From Vicugna vicugna (lineage: Eukaryota), in NCBI GenBank assembly GCA_013265495.1, contig MU059972.1, positions 947,915 through 1,011,914 on the forward strand: a stretch of DNA of 64,000 bases, read 5' to 3'. Both the position numbers and the translations under genes were made by a program. Positions 24,546 through 36,089 of this stretch are shown piece after piece (position 1 is the first letter of the stretch; each line of letters begins with the position of its first letter). The notes under the pieces are model-generated. The model saw only the letters and a program-made list of their open reading frames with translations. It made no database searches and was not told the DNA's origin.

Positions 24546-25495
24546 GTGTCCTGGGGCCACCGCTTCTCTCCCAGCCCTGCCCTGACTCGTGGGAGCTGCA
24601 GGGGGTGCCGCTTCCGCCGCGCTGCAGGGGCCTCGGCTCTGCTCGGGCCCTGGGTCGGTGCAGCTGATGGGGGGCGTGGCTGCGGAGGTGGGAGTCCAGG
24701 CTCTGAGGGAGCTGGCATGTGGTCCTTCTGGCCAGTGACACCAGCAGGGTCAGAGGGCAGAGGGGTGGGTTGTGCGTGGTGTGGGACCGCGCGGGAACCA
24801 CGACAGGTGGGAGGCTGGCTGGCTCTTCCCGGATCAGGAGCAGAGCCTGTGGGGGCTGAGGCCTGGGAATCCCGGGGCTCCCGGGGCTCCCAGGGCCCCC
24901 GGGCACTTCCGTCTCACTCAGTCCACACAGCTGCCGGCAGCTGGGGAAACAGGCCCCGCATGACTGAAGCCTTAATGTTACCAGTAATAGCAGACATGGG
25001 CCCAGAACCAGCCTCCAGGCCCAGAACTTTCCAGGCCCCGCCGTTTCGTGGGAATCTCGCCACGTCCCCGAGAAGCCGGTGCCTCAGTTCTCCCGTTTCA
25101 CAGCTGAGCTAGCTGGGCTTGGAGATGCTGTGCGGCATCCTAACGACAAAGGGCAGCTGGGCCAGGGCTCGCTGGGCGTTCTTCCGGGTTCAGCCTCCCC
25201 GCGAGCTCACGGCTTAGGTCCGACCGTTGTCTGTGTTTACGCACCAGGAGACTGAGGCTTGCAGAGTGGCTGACTCGCAGACACTATTTACAGCAGAGCC
25301 CAGAACGGGCACTCCTGGTCCTCTCTCAACCTGACTGAGCAGTCCCGTCCCAAGTGCCGGGTTCCTGCGTGTCCCTGGGGCCAGGCTCTCAGAGCAGGCC
25401 GGTGTTCACGGAGGCCCGGCCGCGGGCAGTGGATGCCTCCTGGAGCCCCTCCCCCTCCAGTGCCTGCACAGCCAACACAGAAATCAGGAAGAGGC

Positions 25496-25830
25496 CGGGA
25501 AACACCCAGCAAGGTGCCCCTGGCTTGCAGGGACACTGTCCCAAGCCCTGTCGTGTACAAGGTGGCCTCGGTCTTCCTGTTGCTCCTCGTGTGTGCTGTG
25601 GGCATTGCGGGCAATGCCGTGGTGGTCCTGGTGGTGCTGACCACATAGGACATACACACACCCACCGACTGCTACCTGGCTCGCCTGGCCCTGGCTGACC
25701 TTGCCGTACTGGTGGCTGCAGGGCTGCCCATCGTCTCCCACAGCTTGGCTGGGCAGTGGGTCTGTGGCTACACTGGCTTCCTGGGCATCAGTGCCTCCTC
25801 TTGCTCCGTCCTGGAGTTCACCGTGGAGAG
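25496..25830 (+). pseudogene. TRHR2: TRHR2 pseudogene, first coding exon (TM1-TM3)
   Basis: [70 protein letters not shown]...[13 protein letters not shown](R) aligns to rodent Trhr2. TAG at 25646-25648, no ATG at the expected start, ~8-codon TM3 deletion, donor reads AG|AT at 25831. Confidence 0.92.
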
Positions 25831-26396
25831 ATCGGCGCTCCCGGCCCCTCCTGCATGCCAGGGCTTCCTGGCCGTGATCCTTGGTAAACTGAGGCTGCTC
25901 CCCATTTATGGGGGGGAGCCTGTGGGACCCTGGAGTAAACTGGCATCCAGGGTGGGCGAGGGGGCAGGCACCAGGAAGCAGGTTGTCGTCTCACCACAGC
26001 TGCTGACTTGCTGCTGGATGCCAAGGCACCCTGCACTTCTCTGGGCTCAGTTTCCCTGCCCGGAATGTGGGCAGTGGACTGGGCACCCTCTCGGGGCTCT
26101 TCTGGCTCTGATCTGTACCCCCGAGAGGCAGACAAGCTCTGCTCTTCCGATTCACCTTCTGCCCTCTCCTCTCAAGACTGGCTCCTTGTGTTCTGCAGCC
26201 CGAGTCTCCCTCAGCATGGCCACCTCGCTTCCCAGATGGTCATGGCCCTCCAGGTCCCTGTAAAAGGGCCAGTTCAACCATCGAGGCCACATTTGGTCCC
26301 CAGCGGGGAATCTGATTGGCCGAGCGGGGTCAGTGTCCCCACCGTGGCCCAATCACATGGGCAGGTGGGTGGGTCACATGACCCTGTGGCCCGCAG

Positions 26397-26836
26397 GTAC
26401 ATCGCCATCTGCCACCGGATGAGGGCACACACCGTGTGCACCTTGGCGCAGGCCAAGCGCATCATGGCAGGCGTCTAGGGGGCCACGTCCACCTACTGCC
26501 TGCTCTGGTTCTTCTTGGTGGACCTCGATGTGGACGGGGACCGGGGCCTGTGGTGCAGCTACACGGTGTCCCGCGGCCTTTGCCTGCCCATCTACCTGCT
26601 GGACTTCACGGTCTTCTTTGTCACGCCCCTGCTAGTGGCCACCGCCCTCTACGGGCTCATGGCAAGGATCTTATTCCGTGGTTCCCCCCGCCCACTTGCC
26701 CCAGCACAGGTGCCAGCATGCGGGCAGAGAGGCCCGGTGGGAGGCAGGAGCCTGGGAGAGGCAGCCCCGCAGGCCTGGTGGGGACGTGACCGGCAGCTGC
26801 CCCCGGGCCAGAGGCTTCCCTTCTCCCAGGAAGCAG
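26397..26836 (+). pseudogene. TRHR2: TRHR2 pseudogene, second coding exon (ERY motif-TM5-ICL3)
   Basis: ccgcag|G TAC ATC GCC ATC TGC CAC: YIAICHRMRAHTVCTLAQAKRIMAGV*GATSTYCLLWFFLVDL...LPIYLLDFTVFFVTPLLVATALYGLMARILF. TAG at 26476-26478. The frame shifts before ...SPRKQ|gtacga. Confidence 0.92.
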
Positions 26837-27554
26837 GTACGAGGTCTCCTGGGGTGGGAGGGGCCGGATTGCCAGAGATGGGGGACGTGGGAGAGGTGTG
26901 GGTGCAGGCACAGCACCCGCCCCCCGCACTGGACGTCCCCCTCACAGACACCCCCCCCAACCCCCACCAGAATGGGTGCAGGTGGGGCCATTTGGGACAG
27001 TGGTGAGCACGAGCAGGCTGCAGGAGAAGCTGGTTCATGGTGTGCGTGCTGTGTGGTCCTTCCCCCTGAGCCCCTGATTTCTCGTCCTTCAAGTGGAGGT
27101 GACAACAGCACACTGGGGGGCAGGCCGGTGCAGGGGAGGCAACCAGAGTGCCAGCAGCGGTGCTGTCCACCCGGGCCTCACTGCGGCATCAGGGTCCCAG
27201 GGCCCTGTTCCCAGCATCCGGTCTTTGCTCGCTGGGAACCTGAGAGGCCTGGGGGGCAGGGTGCACAAGAGGCTCAGGGCGTGGGTATTTACCACCGGAG
27301 GTGGGACTGTTTCACGAGTGTATCAACCAGCACAGCCTTGAATGCCGGCCCTGGGTCTCTGCACGGGAAATGTTTAGCACAGCGCCCAGTGGATACGCAG
27401 CAGTCGTGTGATTATCTCAGTAACGATCTCATCTCTTACTCAGCAGCCTCGTCCTGGGGCAGCAGCCATGGCTGTGGCTCTGGTGGCATCTGCTTGGCCA
27501 CCAGCCACGCGGTGGGCCCAGCACCAGTGGCTCCACAGCCCCGCCAGCCCACAG

Positions 27555-27830
27555 GTCACCGAGGTGCGAGTGGTGGTCGTGCTGCTCTCTGCCATCCTGT
27601 GGACGCTCAGCCCCCTGGGGGCCCAGCCTCTCCAGGACCCCTGGGTCCTCCTCTTCTGCCGCACCTGAGTCTACACCAACAGCCCCATCAGCCCCATCAC
27701 CTACTGCCTCAGGTCCCAGAAGTCCAGGGCGGTCATGCGGGTGCCGAGGAGAGGAGCCCGGAGGCGCCCAGCCTGCCTCACCACCACCAGCCACGGTGGG
27801 TTCTGAGAGACCCCCCCCCGGAAGATGCAG
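27555..27830 (+). pseudogene. TRHR2: TRHR2 pseudogene, last coding exon (TM6-TM7; 3' end approximate)
   Basis: ccacag|VTEVRVVVVLLSAILWT[~7 codons missing]LSPLGAQPLQDPWVLLFCRT*VYTNSPISPITYCLRSQK. TGA at 27666-27668. NPxxY has decayed to SPITY. Confidence 0.9.
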
Positions 27831-29700
27831 ATGGGCAAGAGTGGGGTCACGGGCCCTCAGGCAGCTGGGCGCCCACCCCAGCAGCAGGGGCCTGGTTTCA
27901 GCATCGTCTGAGGGCTGCCCTCCTCCTGCCTGGCTCCTCCTGCCGTCCTTGGTCTGCTCCCTGCTGGGTCCTGTCTGCTGGCGGCTGGCAGGGCCAGGAG
28001 AGGGGCAGACACCCCTTTGCCAGTGGCTCTTAGCTCCCAGCTCCCCAGGGACTTCTGTCCCCACGAGCTAGGACCTGAGGGTGTCCTGGCCAGGGGGGTT
28101 CCATAAGGGTAGTGCTCCCGCCTCCAGAAGCGCGGGAGGTGAGGAACGGGAGGCTGGGGGTACCCTAGCCTCCATCGGTGTAGAATTATGACCTTCCACT
28201 GCTCCTACTTACCACTTCAAGCACTTTTTCCCAGGTATTACAGGAATGTGCTTCCAGTCTCTGGTGACACCCTGTCAGTCTGGCTGTGGGCAGAGCTGGC
28301 ATGTGGCATTTTCTAAGGTGGATGGTGCCACACAGAAAGGGCACCCAGCTCCAACCACCGACACCCAGAGACACCTCATGCTGCACCCCCACTGGCTTGG
28401 AGGTCTTCTCCAACTGGCCACGCACATGTGCTAAGGACGGCCGGTACCTAAGCCTCCTGCCTCCTTCCCTTTGCGTTCAGCCTGGGTCACAGTCGTCGAC
28501 AGAGCAGAGTGCTGTGTTTCTTCCAGCACCTCAGCCAGAAGTGGGAAGCCGTTCCTGAGCCCCTCGCCCCCAAGCGTCAAGCTCTGCTCCCGTGAGGCCG
28601 GCTTTGACCACTGCCCCCTTCATCCAGGGCCCACGGGGGAGTTCAGGGTGTGGGCAGGCTTCCACCTCCATCTCTTATCTGGGTGGACACTGCAGCCAAA
28701 GGCACTGACAATTCAGGGGGCAGGTGGCAGAAAGTGCCCCCACCCAGCAGCGAGATGTGTTTCTGGGCCAGCTTGGGGGGTGCCCACGGCTCTCAGAACT
28801 GCAGGCCCGTTTCCTCCCCTCACTGCCCAGGGACCAGGCTCCCTGTGGAAGTGGGTTCAAAATGGCGGCTGGGACCCAGATCAGCAGTCGTCACCTCTGC
28901 TGTGACTTCAAGCGCTAGCAGAGCCTGGGCCGAGGGCCTCATGGGGGCAGCCAGCACCCGGCAGCGCTGGCTCCTGGGTCAAGGGCCCAACAGGCGGCCT
29001 GCTGTGTGCTGGCTGGTCCAGCCCCACGCGGGTCAGGGAAAGCGGTGCCTTGACCCGGCCTGGCTGTGGCGCCCAAGCTGGATGCACTGATGCTTAGCCC
29101 TCCATAGGTGCACGTGGCTGTCAATCCTCCTGATCCACCAGTGAGGGGAGAGTGCATGGGTAAGTGGGCATGGCCACTGTACGTGACAGTGCCAGGACAG
29201 CGGCCACCTAAGGTGACCAGGGGCCCTGCTGGCCTGTCCACTGGACCCTCCTCCTGGTGGTCCCTACTGACGGTTAGGGGCCCCAGGCCCGGGAAAGCCC
29301 AGTGCACGCAGGACTCACGTTTACCCCAGTGATGACCTGGTCGGGGGGACCTCCACCTGTCCCCCTTTTGCGATGAGGACCCTGAGCCCAGAGACCTTCA
29401 GGCGCAGTCACCTGTCCCCCTGTGGGCGCACCTCTGCGATCAGGATAAAGGCTTGGGGCCCTGACCCATCCGCATGCCCTTTGAGATTATTTTCCCCTTG
29501 GGCTCCTGCGATGCTCATTAAAGCAGATTTTCCGTGGACACTTGGGAGGAAGTCTGGTGTCCAGAGGTGGCCCAAAGGTGGCCTGCGCAGTGGGGCACCT
29601 GTGTGGGGCGGAGGCAGGCGGGAATGAGGGAGTAGGCGGGGCGACAGAGGGGCTGGGTGCAGTGGGCACCTGGGCGTTAGCGTCTCCTGCGGCCGCTGAG

Positions 29701-29760
29701 GGCCCGGGCCAGGCCTTGGCGTTAGGGGGCCCGGGCCAGGCCTTTGCGTTAGGAGGCCCG
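29701..29760 (+). repeat. 27-bp GC-rich tandem duplication (about 2.2 copies)
   Basis: GGCCCGGGCCAGGCCTTGGCGTTAGGG / GGCCCGGGCCAGGCCTTTGCGTTAGGA / GGCCCG. Confidence 0.85.
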
Positions 29761-31749
29761 CCCTGGCTTCGCTGCTGACGGCTCCAAGCCTTGCAGCCGC
29801 GGCCACGTTGGGCGGCGTTCGCTGCTGACTCTGCCCCGCGCCGCACGCTGGCCTGGTCCCTTCTTAACGGCCTCCTGGCGCTGAGGTTACCACTCCAACC
29901 AAACCAAGGCCCAGGCTAGGCTTCGGGTCTCCGCCTGGCATTTCTCGGTACCCCTCCCCCCAACCACCCACGCAGGGCTTGGGAGCCCCCGCCTCCAGTG
30001 AAGACAGGGCAGAGGGAGGCTGCTCCCACCAGGGTTCTGGCTGCATTGCCCTGCCGGTTTTGCTGCCTGAACTGTCCCTTTTCCTTTTCTTTCATTGTGT
30101 GTGTGCGCGCAGGAACATCTCGTCAACAGGGAGGTTAACTGTTTTACTGTGCCTTATCCAGAACATAGATGACCGTCGGAAAGAAGTTAATTTGGGCACC
30201 GCTACCCCCAACCCGCAACAAATGATAAAAGGGAACTTCTGAGGGTTGGAGAGCTCCCCGCTGCTGCTCTGACACCCAGGAGTGAGCCCTCGGCCCCTCG
30301 ATTTATTTTACGTGCTGCTCTCAGGAGCTTTGCTGGGTGGTCCAGGGTCCCCAGACCTGGTCTGCAGCAGCCTCTCCCTCTGTTTCTGTGTTACTTCTCG
30401 AGAGCGAAGCCCCTCCCTTGCTCTACGTCCTGGTTCTCAGGACAGTGGTTCCCACATGACACCCCCGGGGAGCATGTCAGAACTACCAGTGCGGGGAGGC
30501 AGGGTGGGCCAAGCCCAGAGGTCTGGGTGCTTGAGCTGGAGGGGCCAGGGGCTCCTCAGAGGGAGCAGTGCCCTGGGGAGGGACACAAACGCGTGACAAC
30601 CAACTCCACGCTTAGGGGAATGGCAGGGTGGGGGCACCTGGGCGGGGGACATCCCAGCCACCTGGCTGGGCACCCCCACCCCTTACCTGGGACAGCGCCT
30701 GTGACAGGCGGTGCTCCCATTTACAGCAACAAGGACTGGGCGGTCTGCTCCAGATTCCCACCCCAAGCGGCTAAAAGTGAACGCGCTGGTATGCAACGAT
30801 GCACACCAGTGGTCCTCTGCCATGGGCCCAGAGATCCCCCCGACCTGAGTGAAACACCCCTGCTGTGCCTAAGAGGTGGAGCCGTCCTGGACGCCTGACC
30901 ATCGGAGCTGTCGCTGCCACGTGGAGGTGATGCAGCAGCCAGGGTGCGTGCTTCCCAGGAGCAGGCCCACAGTGCTCAGAGAGCGTGCGCAGAGCCACGG
31001 GGCCCCGGGGACCGCCTGCGAGTGTCTGGTGTTGGCTCAGCGCCATCCAGAGCTCCCCATCAGCCTGGCTGTCTGATGAGTGTGTGTGGCCCCAGGGTAA
31101 ATGCCCTTGGGTGTGGCTGCCAAGGGGACAGCGCCTGGTGCTGGCTCGTCTGCGGTGAGCAGTGAACCCTGGTGCCTCTTCTCCTGAGCTGTGTCTGCCA
31201 CTTCCTCCCTCTCTCGCAGGAGGCCGGTGGGGGCAGGAGCAGCTGCGTGCCCCGGCTCTGCGCTGGGTCCCGGGGCAGTGGACTCCTCTAGGAGATGCCA
31301 GAGCAGCCAGGGTCCCTGGGGAGCTCCCCTCTGAGCCTGTGCTCCCAGAAAACAGGGAATTGGGAGCCCCACAAACTTCCTATTTTCCGAACACCCTGAG
31401 AGACGGCATCCTGCAAAGACTTCCCTGAATGATGTGGAGGAAGCCCCATCTATGTTCCTCGGGACTCTGTAAGACCCCTGATCCCCCTGGGTGACCTGTG
31501 ACCAGGCTGGACCCTGACCTCCAGGGCCCTGTTTTTTGTCTCATTGTTGAGTAGCTGCGAATAGAGCTGTTTGTCCCCCAACACCAGCTAGACCGAGAAA
31601 CAGTCCTGCTCAGCTGACTGAGAGTCCCCTGATTGCCAAACAGGCCCAGCCGTAGCCCGGCCCGTCGCCTGCAGACCACCTGCCTGCCACCTGTCTCCCC
31701 TCCCCACAGAAGCCCAGGGCAGAAGCCCCTGCCAGGACGCCCCGCCGGC

Positions 31750-32320
31750 CCTGGGTCTGCGGCTTGGCTGTCACTGTGGGCCGGGGGGGGGGCCCCAGGG
31801 CAGCCTGCGTGTTTCCTGTGACCCTCCCCCACCGCCGCGGGGCCTACAGGTGCGCTCTCTCGGGGTCCACTCAGTTGTTCGCCTTCTGTCTCCTCCCCGA
31901 GGCAGCCGGGCAGGCCCCGGGCGCAGAGCTTGCTCTCCCCGACTCGCCTGCGTGTGTCGTGCATCGGGCGCCCTTGGCGCGTGGCCAGCCCGGCAGTGTC
32001 CCGGCTGTCACGGGGCTGGGCGGAGCCGCTGGCGCTTGGAGGACGGCCCAGGGCGGCCCGAAGCCCCCGCGCGCACCGCTGGGCGGCCGTGGAGGTGAGC
32101 CCTTCTTCGCGGTTCTTGAGCTGTGTGTGCAGACACGAAGCCCGCTTTGCGGTTGTCTGAAGCCGCCCTGGCCGTTCCGGGGAAGCGGCCGCCGTGCAGC
32201 TGAGGAGACAGCTTGGCCTTGGGTGGCGCCTGCGGGGGCCGGTCGCCATCTTGGGGCATCGCGTCCTCATAACCAGCCATTTGGGCTTGGTCCCGGGGCA
32301 GCGCACCTCATAGCTATGGC
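31750..32320. promoter_or_regulatory. Intergenic CpG island with promoter-type motifs
   Basis: High CpG density. Perfect YY1 core CGCCATCTT at 32244-32252 and ETS-like GGAAGCGG near 32181. Confidence 0.55.
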
Positions 32321-34279
32321 CTTCACTGGGAGCCTCCTTCTCCAGGAAGCCCTGGGGGCCGCCCCCAGCTGGTGGCACCCGTTCCCAACCCCCTTCTCCT
32401 CTCCAAACCCCTCCTCTCCCCATCTCTCCCCTCCCCACACCCTAAGACGTCCCCCCGGGGCTCAGCGTTGACTTAGTGACCACACTTCACACGGGTCTCC
32501 AGCACTCGTGGGCTAGTGGCGCGTGTGCAGTCAGGCAGCTGGTGGGTGTGGGCCGTCCGGCATGAGCCGTCTCGCCCGGGGCAGTGGGTATGACCGGGGG
32601 CCCCGGTGCCAGGCGGAGCTAGGCAGCGGTCAGCCCTGAGACCCAGGCACAGGGAGGAGAGACCACTGGGTCAGCAGCCCTGGGGTCCTCTGGCCCTGAC
32701 CCTGTCACCCCCCTCACATTCGTGCTCTGGTTGTGGAGGACCAGAGGGCACCGGGAGTCACATATTAGAGAAATTGTAGAGAAAAACGCCAGGGAACCAT
32801 CTCCACCAGGGAGGCTGCTTAACGACATGCAAATGTGTGTGGACACAGGTACCTTTAACTCAGGGTGGGGCTGGCCTGGGCAGGCTGGGTTCTGGAACAT
32901 TCTCAGACCACCAGGTGCCTGCCCTTCCCATTGCAGGCACAGCACTTTGTCTTCCTCTGACCCCAGGCAGCTTCAGAGCGTCACCCAGGGCGCCTGGGGC
33001 TGGCCCTTCCGGGTCTCATGTTTCCGGGAGGCTCCTGTCCCCCTGAACCCACAGTCTGCTCTCGCGGGGGTTGCATCTCCCTCTGTGAGGACTGGGCGCC
33101 CACTCCGGCTCTCCCGCCCGCACGTGACAGGAGATGGGGCTCCCGGCCCAGGCCACAGGGCAGCCGCTGGCTCTGCAGGGTGGAAGGGAGGGGGCACCAG
33201 GTGGAGCGGCTGGCCGGGCGCCGGGTTGCAGGTGTTCTGATGCGCGTGTCGGGACCCTGGCTTGGAAGGGATTTGGTGATGGAGCAGGAATTGTCCAGGA
33301 GGTGCGGTGCTGCCACCTGGCACCCTGGGGAGGGATCCCACCCTGGTGGTCATTGGAGGGGGCCTGGTGCCCGCCTGACCTGTAGCCCGTCCTGTGGTGG
33401 AGGTGGGGTGCGGTCTGCTGGTGCGGGGGCCCTGGAGCCTGGGGTTGTGGGCTCCCAGCAGAGGAGGGAATGGGACCAGCAGGCACGGGGAGAGGCGCTG
33501 TGCGTAAGAGCAGGAGCGCTAAGCCTGCCAGGGCCTGGCTGCTGTTGTCTGTCCACCCATCTGAGAGAGCTGGGAGCAGGAGCGTCTTGTTGAGCTGGGA
33601 GCAGGGAGGATGGTGCAAAGCCCACAGCATTGCGGGTGTGTGTCCCTGAAGCCTGGAGGGCAGTGAGGAGATGAGGCGGGGGAACAGAGCCGTCTGCACA
33701 CCCGGGCTCCATCCCGTGGAACCCGCCAAGATGCTGTGGGCACTGTCCTCCATGTCCTTCCTCCAGGGACAGGTACACTTGCCCCAGACTCCTGCCCTGT
33801 CACGTGTGGGCTGTCCGGAGAGTTAACTGGGCCCCCAGGCGAGTGGGGTGGGGGCTGAGGGGACGGAGCACAGGCCAGTGAGAAGAAGTCGCGCAGAACG
33901 GGTGCATCTGCCCCGGATGGTGGTGCAGTGAGAACACAAGGCAGGCGAAGGAGCAGCAGTGTCCTGGGTGGGAGACTGTGGGGGCTGCAGGCCGAGGCTC
34001 AGGGTCGCCGGCTGGGGGCAGGTGGGGGCACCAGGCCGGCTGAGCCGCAGGAGAAGCTTGACCCCGGGGTGGGGCTCTGCCGGCCAGGTAGCACGTGACG
34101 GGCCCCTGCGAGGTCACTGCTTCCTGGGGAGATGACCCCGCTGCGTCTCCTGCCCCTGGGGCAGGGGTCTGCCCTGGGCGTCATCCTAGGGCCTAGGACA
34201 GGAGGCAGGAGAGGCCGCACTGCGGGGGCGGGGGGCTGACTGGGCTCACATCTGCCCCTGGGGTCCCGAGCTGTCTCCG

Positions 34280-34690
34280 CCCACAGCCCACTAGGACAGG
34301 CAGACGCTCTGCCGGGGGTGGGTCAGCCGGGCTCAGCCTGGGCACACGGTGGAACGGGGACCTTAAGAAGGAGTGGGGGCGGGACCCATGCGACACTGTG
34401 GAAGGCCTCGGGAAGGCGCTGAGTGAAGGAAGCCAGGTGCGAAGGGCCCGTGTGGTGGGATTCCACTCAGGAAACGTCCAGAACAGGCGAGTCCCAGAGG
34501 CGGCAGGTGAGAGGTCGCAGGGGTGGTTGGGTTTGGGGGAGGTGGGGTACGAGTACGGATGGTTCGGGTTTCCTCAGGGGCGATGCCTGGGGCTGAAGCA
34601 GAGAAGGGGGTGGCTGCAGGTCACCATGACCACGCTGAATGCCACTGAACTGTCACGTGAACTTTATTTTACCTCGATTAAAATAAAGGG
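34280..34690 (+). mobile_element. Old L1 3' end, GC-shifted
   Basis: GCGCTGAGTGAAGGAAGCCAG...GGATTCCACTCAGGAAACGTCCAGAACAGGC...CTGAATGCCACTGAACTGTCAC...TTTATTTTACCTCGATTAAAATAAA. Confidence 0.7.
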
Positions 34691-35965
34691 GTGGGGAGAG
34701 TGGGCGGGGAGCCTAGGGGACTGAACCCGCCCGCTCCGGGGCTCAGCTACGCGAGGTCCTGGCGCTGGAGTCCTGCCTCCTGCCTGCCCTCGGAGGGTTT
34801 AGTGCCTCCAGCTTGTCTTGCTGGGAACAAACTGGGATGTTCGGGGACCCCGGTCCCCTGGGCTAGAACTGGTTTGGGGAGGTTGCGGTGTAACAAGCGT
34901 CTGAGGTCCGCAGACGGCTCTCTGCAGGTCAGCCCCAGGCAGCGCCTCCCCTCTGAGCTTGGGCCCCGACTCCCGTCTCCTGGGAGCCCGGCTGCGGAGG
35001 ACGGGCACGCGGCAGCCTGCAGTGGTTGTCAGCCAGGTCCAGGCCGGAGGGACGGCTGCCCCTGCTTCCCTGGGGTGAGATGCCCCACGGGCTGCAGGAC
35101 TTTCCTGGCCTGCAGCCTGCCACCCACCTTGCCCAAGGCTGGTGGTGGAGAGAGGTGGTCCCCAGGCCCGCCTTCTGCTGCTGCAGCCCCTCCCAGGGTG
35201 CTCCCCCAGAGGCCCCAGCTTCTGCGTCCCGACTCATCGCTGCAGGGACTGTCCTCACCTGCCCCCCCAGAAAGGAGGAGCCCCAGCCCCAGGCCTGCAG
35301 CCGCCCGGGGGGGCCCCGGTGCCCACGCCTCACTCAGGGCTCAGGACCCAGGCTCCCTGGCCCAGTGGGGGCTGGCCATGTCTGGCTGCGTTCACCTGTC
35401 TGGGGGCAGAGTGGACTTGCGGGGGCCCTAGTCCTGGGGTGCGGGGGGTACCCCAAGGCGGACCACACTCCACGGCAGGAGATGGAGGGGCACAGGGGTT
35501 CCCACGTTTGAGGGGAGTTTGGGTTGAGGGCCTTGGAGGGGCGGCAGGTGTGTGGGAGTCCTGGGAGGCTAAGAGGGCAAGAGTGGAGGTGGTGGGGCAC
35601 AGCTGGGGCTCGGCAAGCGTGGGGCTCTGGTTGGGCAGAGCTGGCTGCCCACCTCGGGAGGAGGGGGGCCGCTCGTGCTTCCTCTGCCGGGTATGGCCCA
35701 CTGGGCAAGGCTGTGCGGGGGGCAGTGGGCTCTGACCGGAGGCGCCCCGCCCCTGCCTGGCACGCCCCCTCCCCCCAGGCACCAGAAGGTCCCAGAAGTT
35801 CTGCTGCTGTTTAACTGAGGGTCCGCCCAAGACGAAATCCCTGACGGTCTGACACAGAGTGAAGTGATTTGCCACTTTCTTGACTGAGCCCTGTTAAAAA
35901 TCAGAGCCCCGGCTTGGCGAGGGCTTCGGGGAGAGCACACTTTCGGCGGGGGTGGGGGAGATCGG

Positions 35966-35984
35966 NNNNNNNNNNNNNNNNNNN
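35966..35984. other. Assembly gap (19 N) at the 3' end of the provirus
   Basis: Run of N. Confidence 0.99.
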
Positions 35985-36089
35985 TGTGGGGGGCAGGGGC
36001 AGACGAGCAGGACTGACCTCATGAGGGAGACACAGGCAAGGAGACAGGAGCTGTGAGTGGGTGGGCTCCAGGCTGCCACCGTCACAGGG

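Noticed and set aside
26678-28033. 451-aa plus-strand ORF
   Set aside because: It runs through TRHR2 introns and only briefly coincides with the true receptor frame. The rest is non-homologous.
31380-32438. 352-aa and 235-aa ORFs over the orphan CpG island
   Set aside because: Arg/Pro/Gly/Ala-rich stop-poor frames typical of CpG islands, with no recognisable protein.
35330-35930. Possible continuation of ERV env left of the gap
   Set aside because: The minus strand is C-rich, but I found no furin site, immunosuppressive LQNRRGLD motif, CX6CC or transmembrane anchor.
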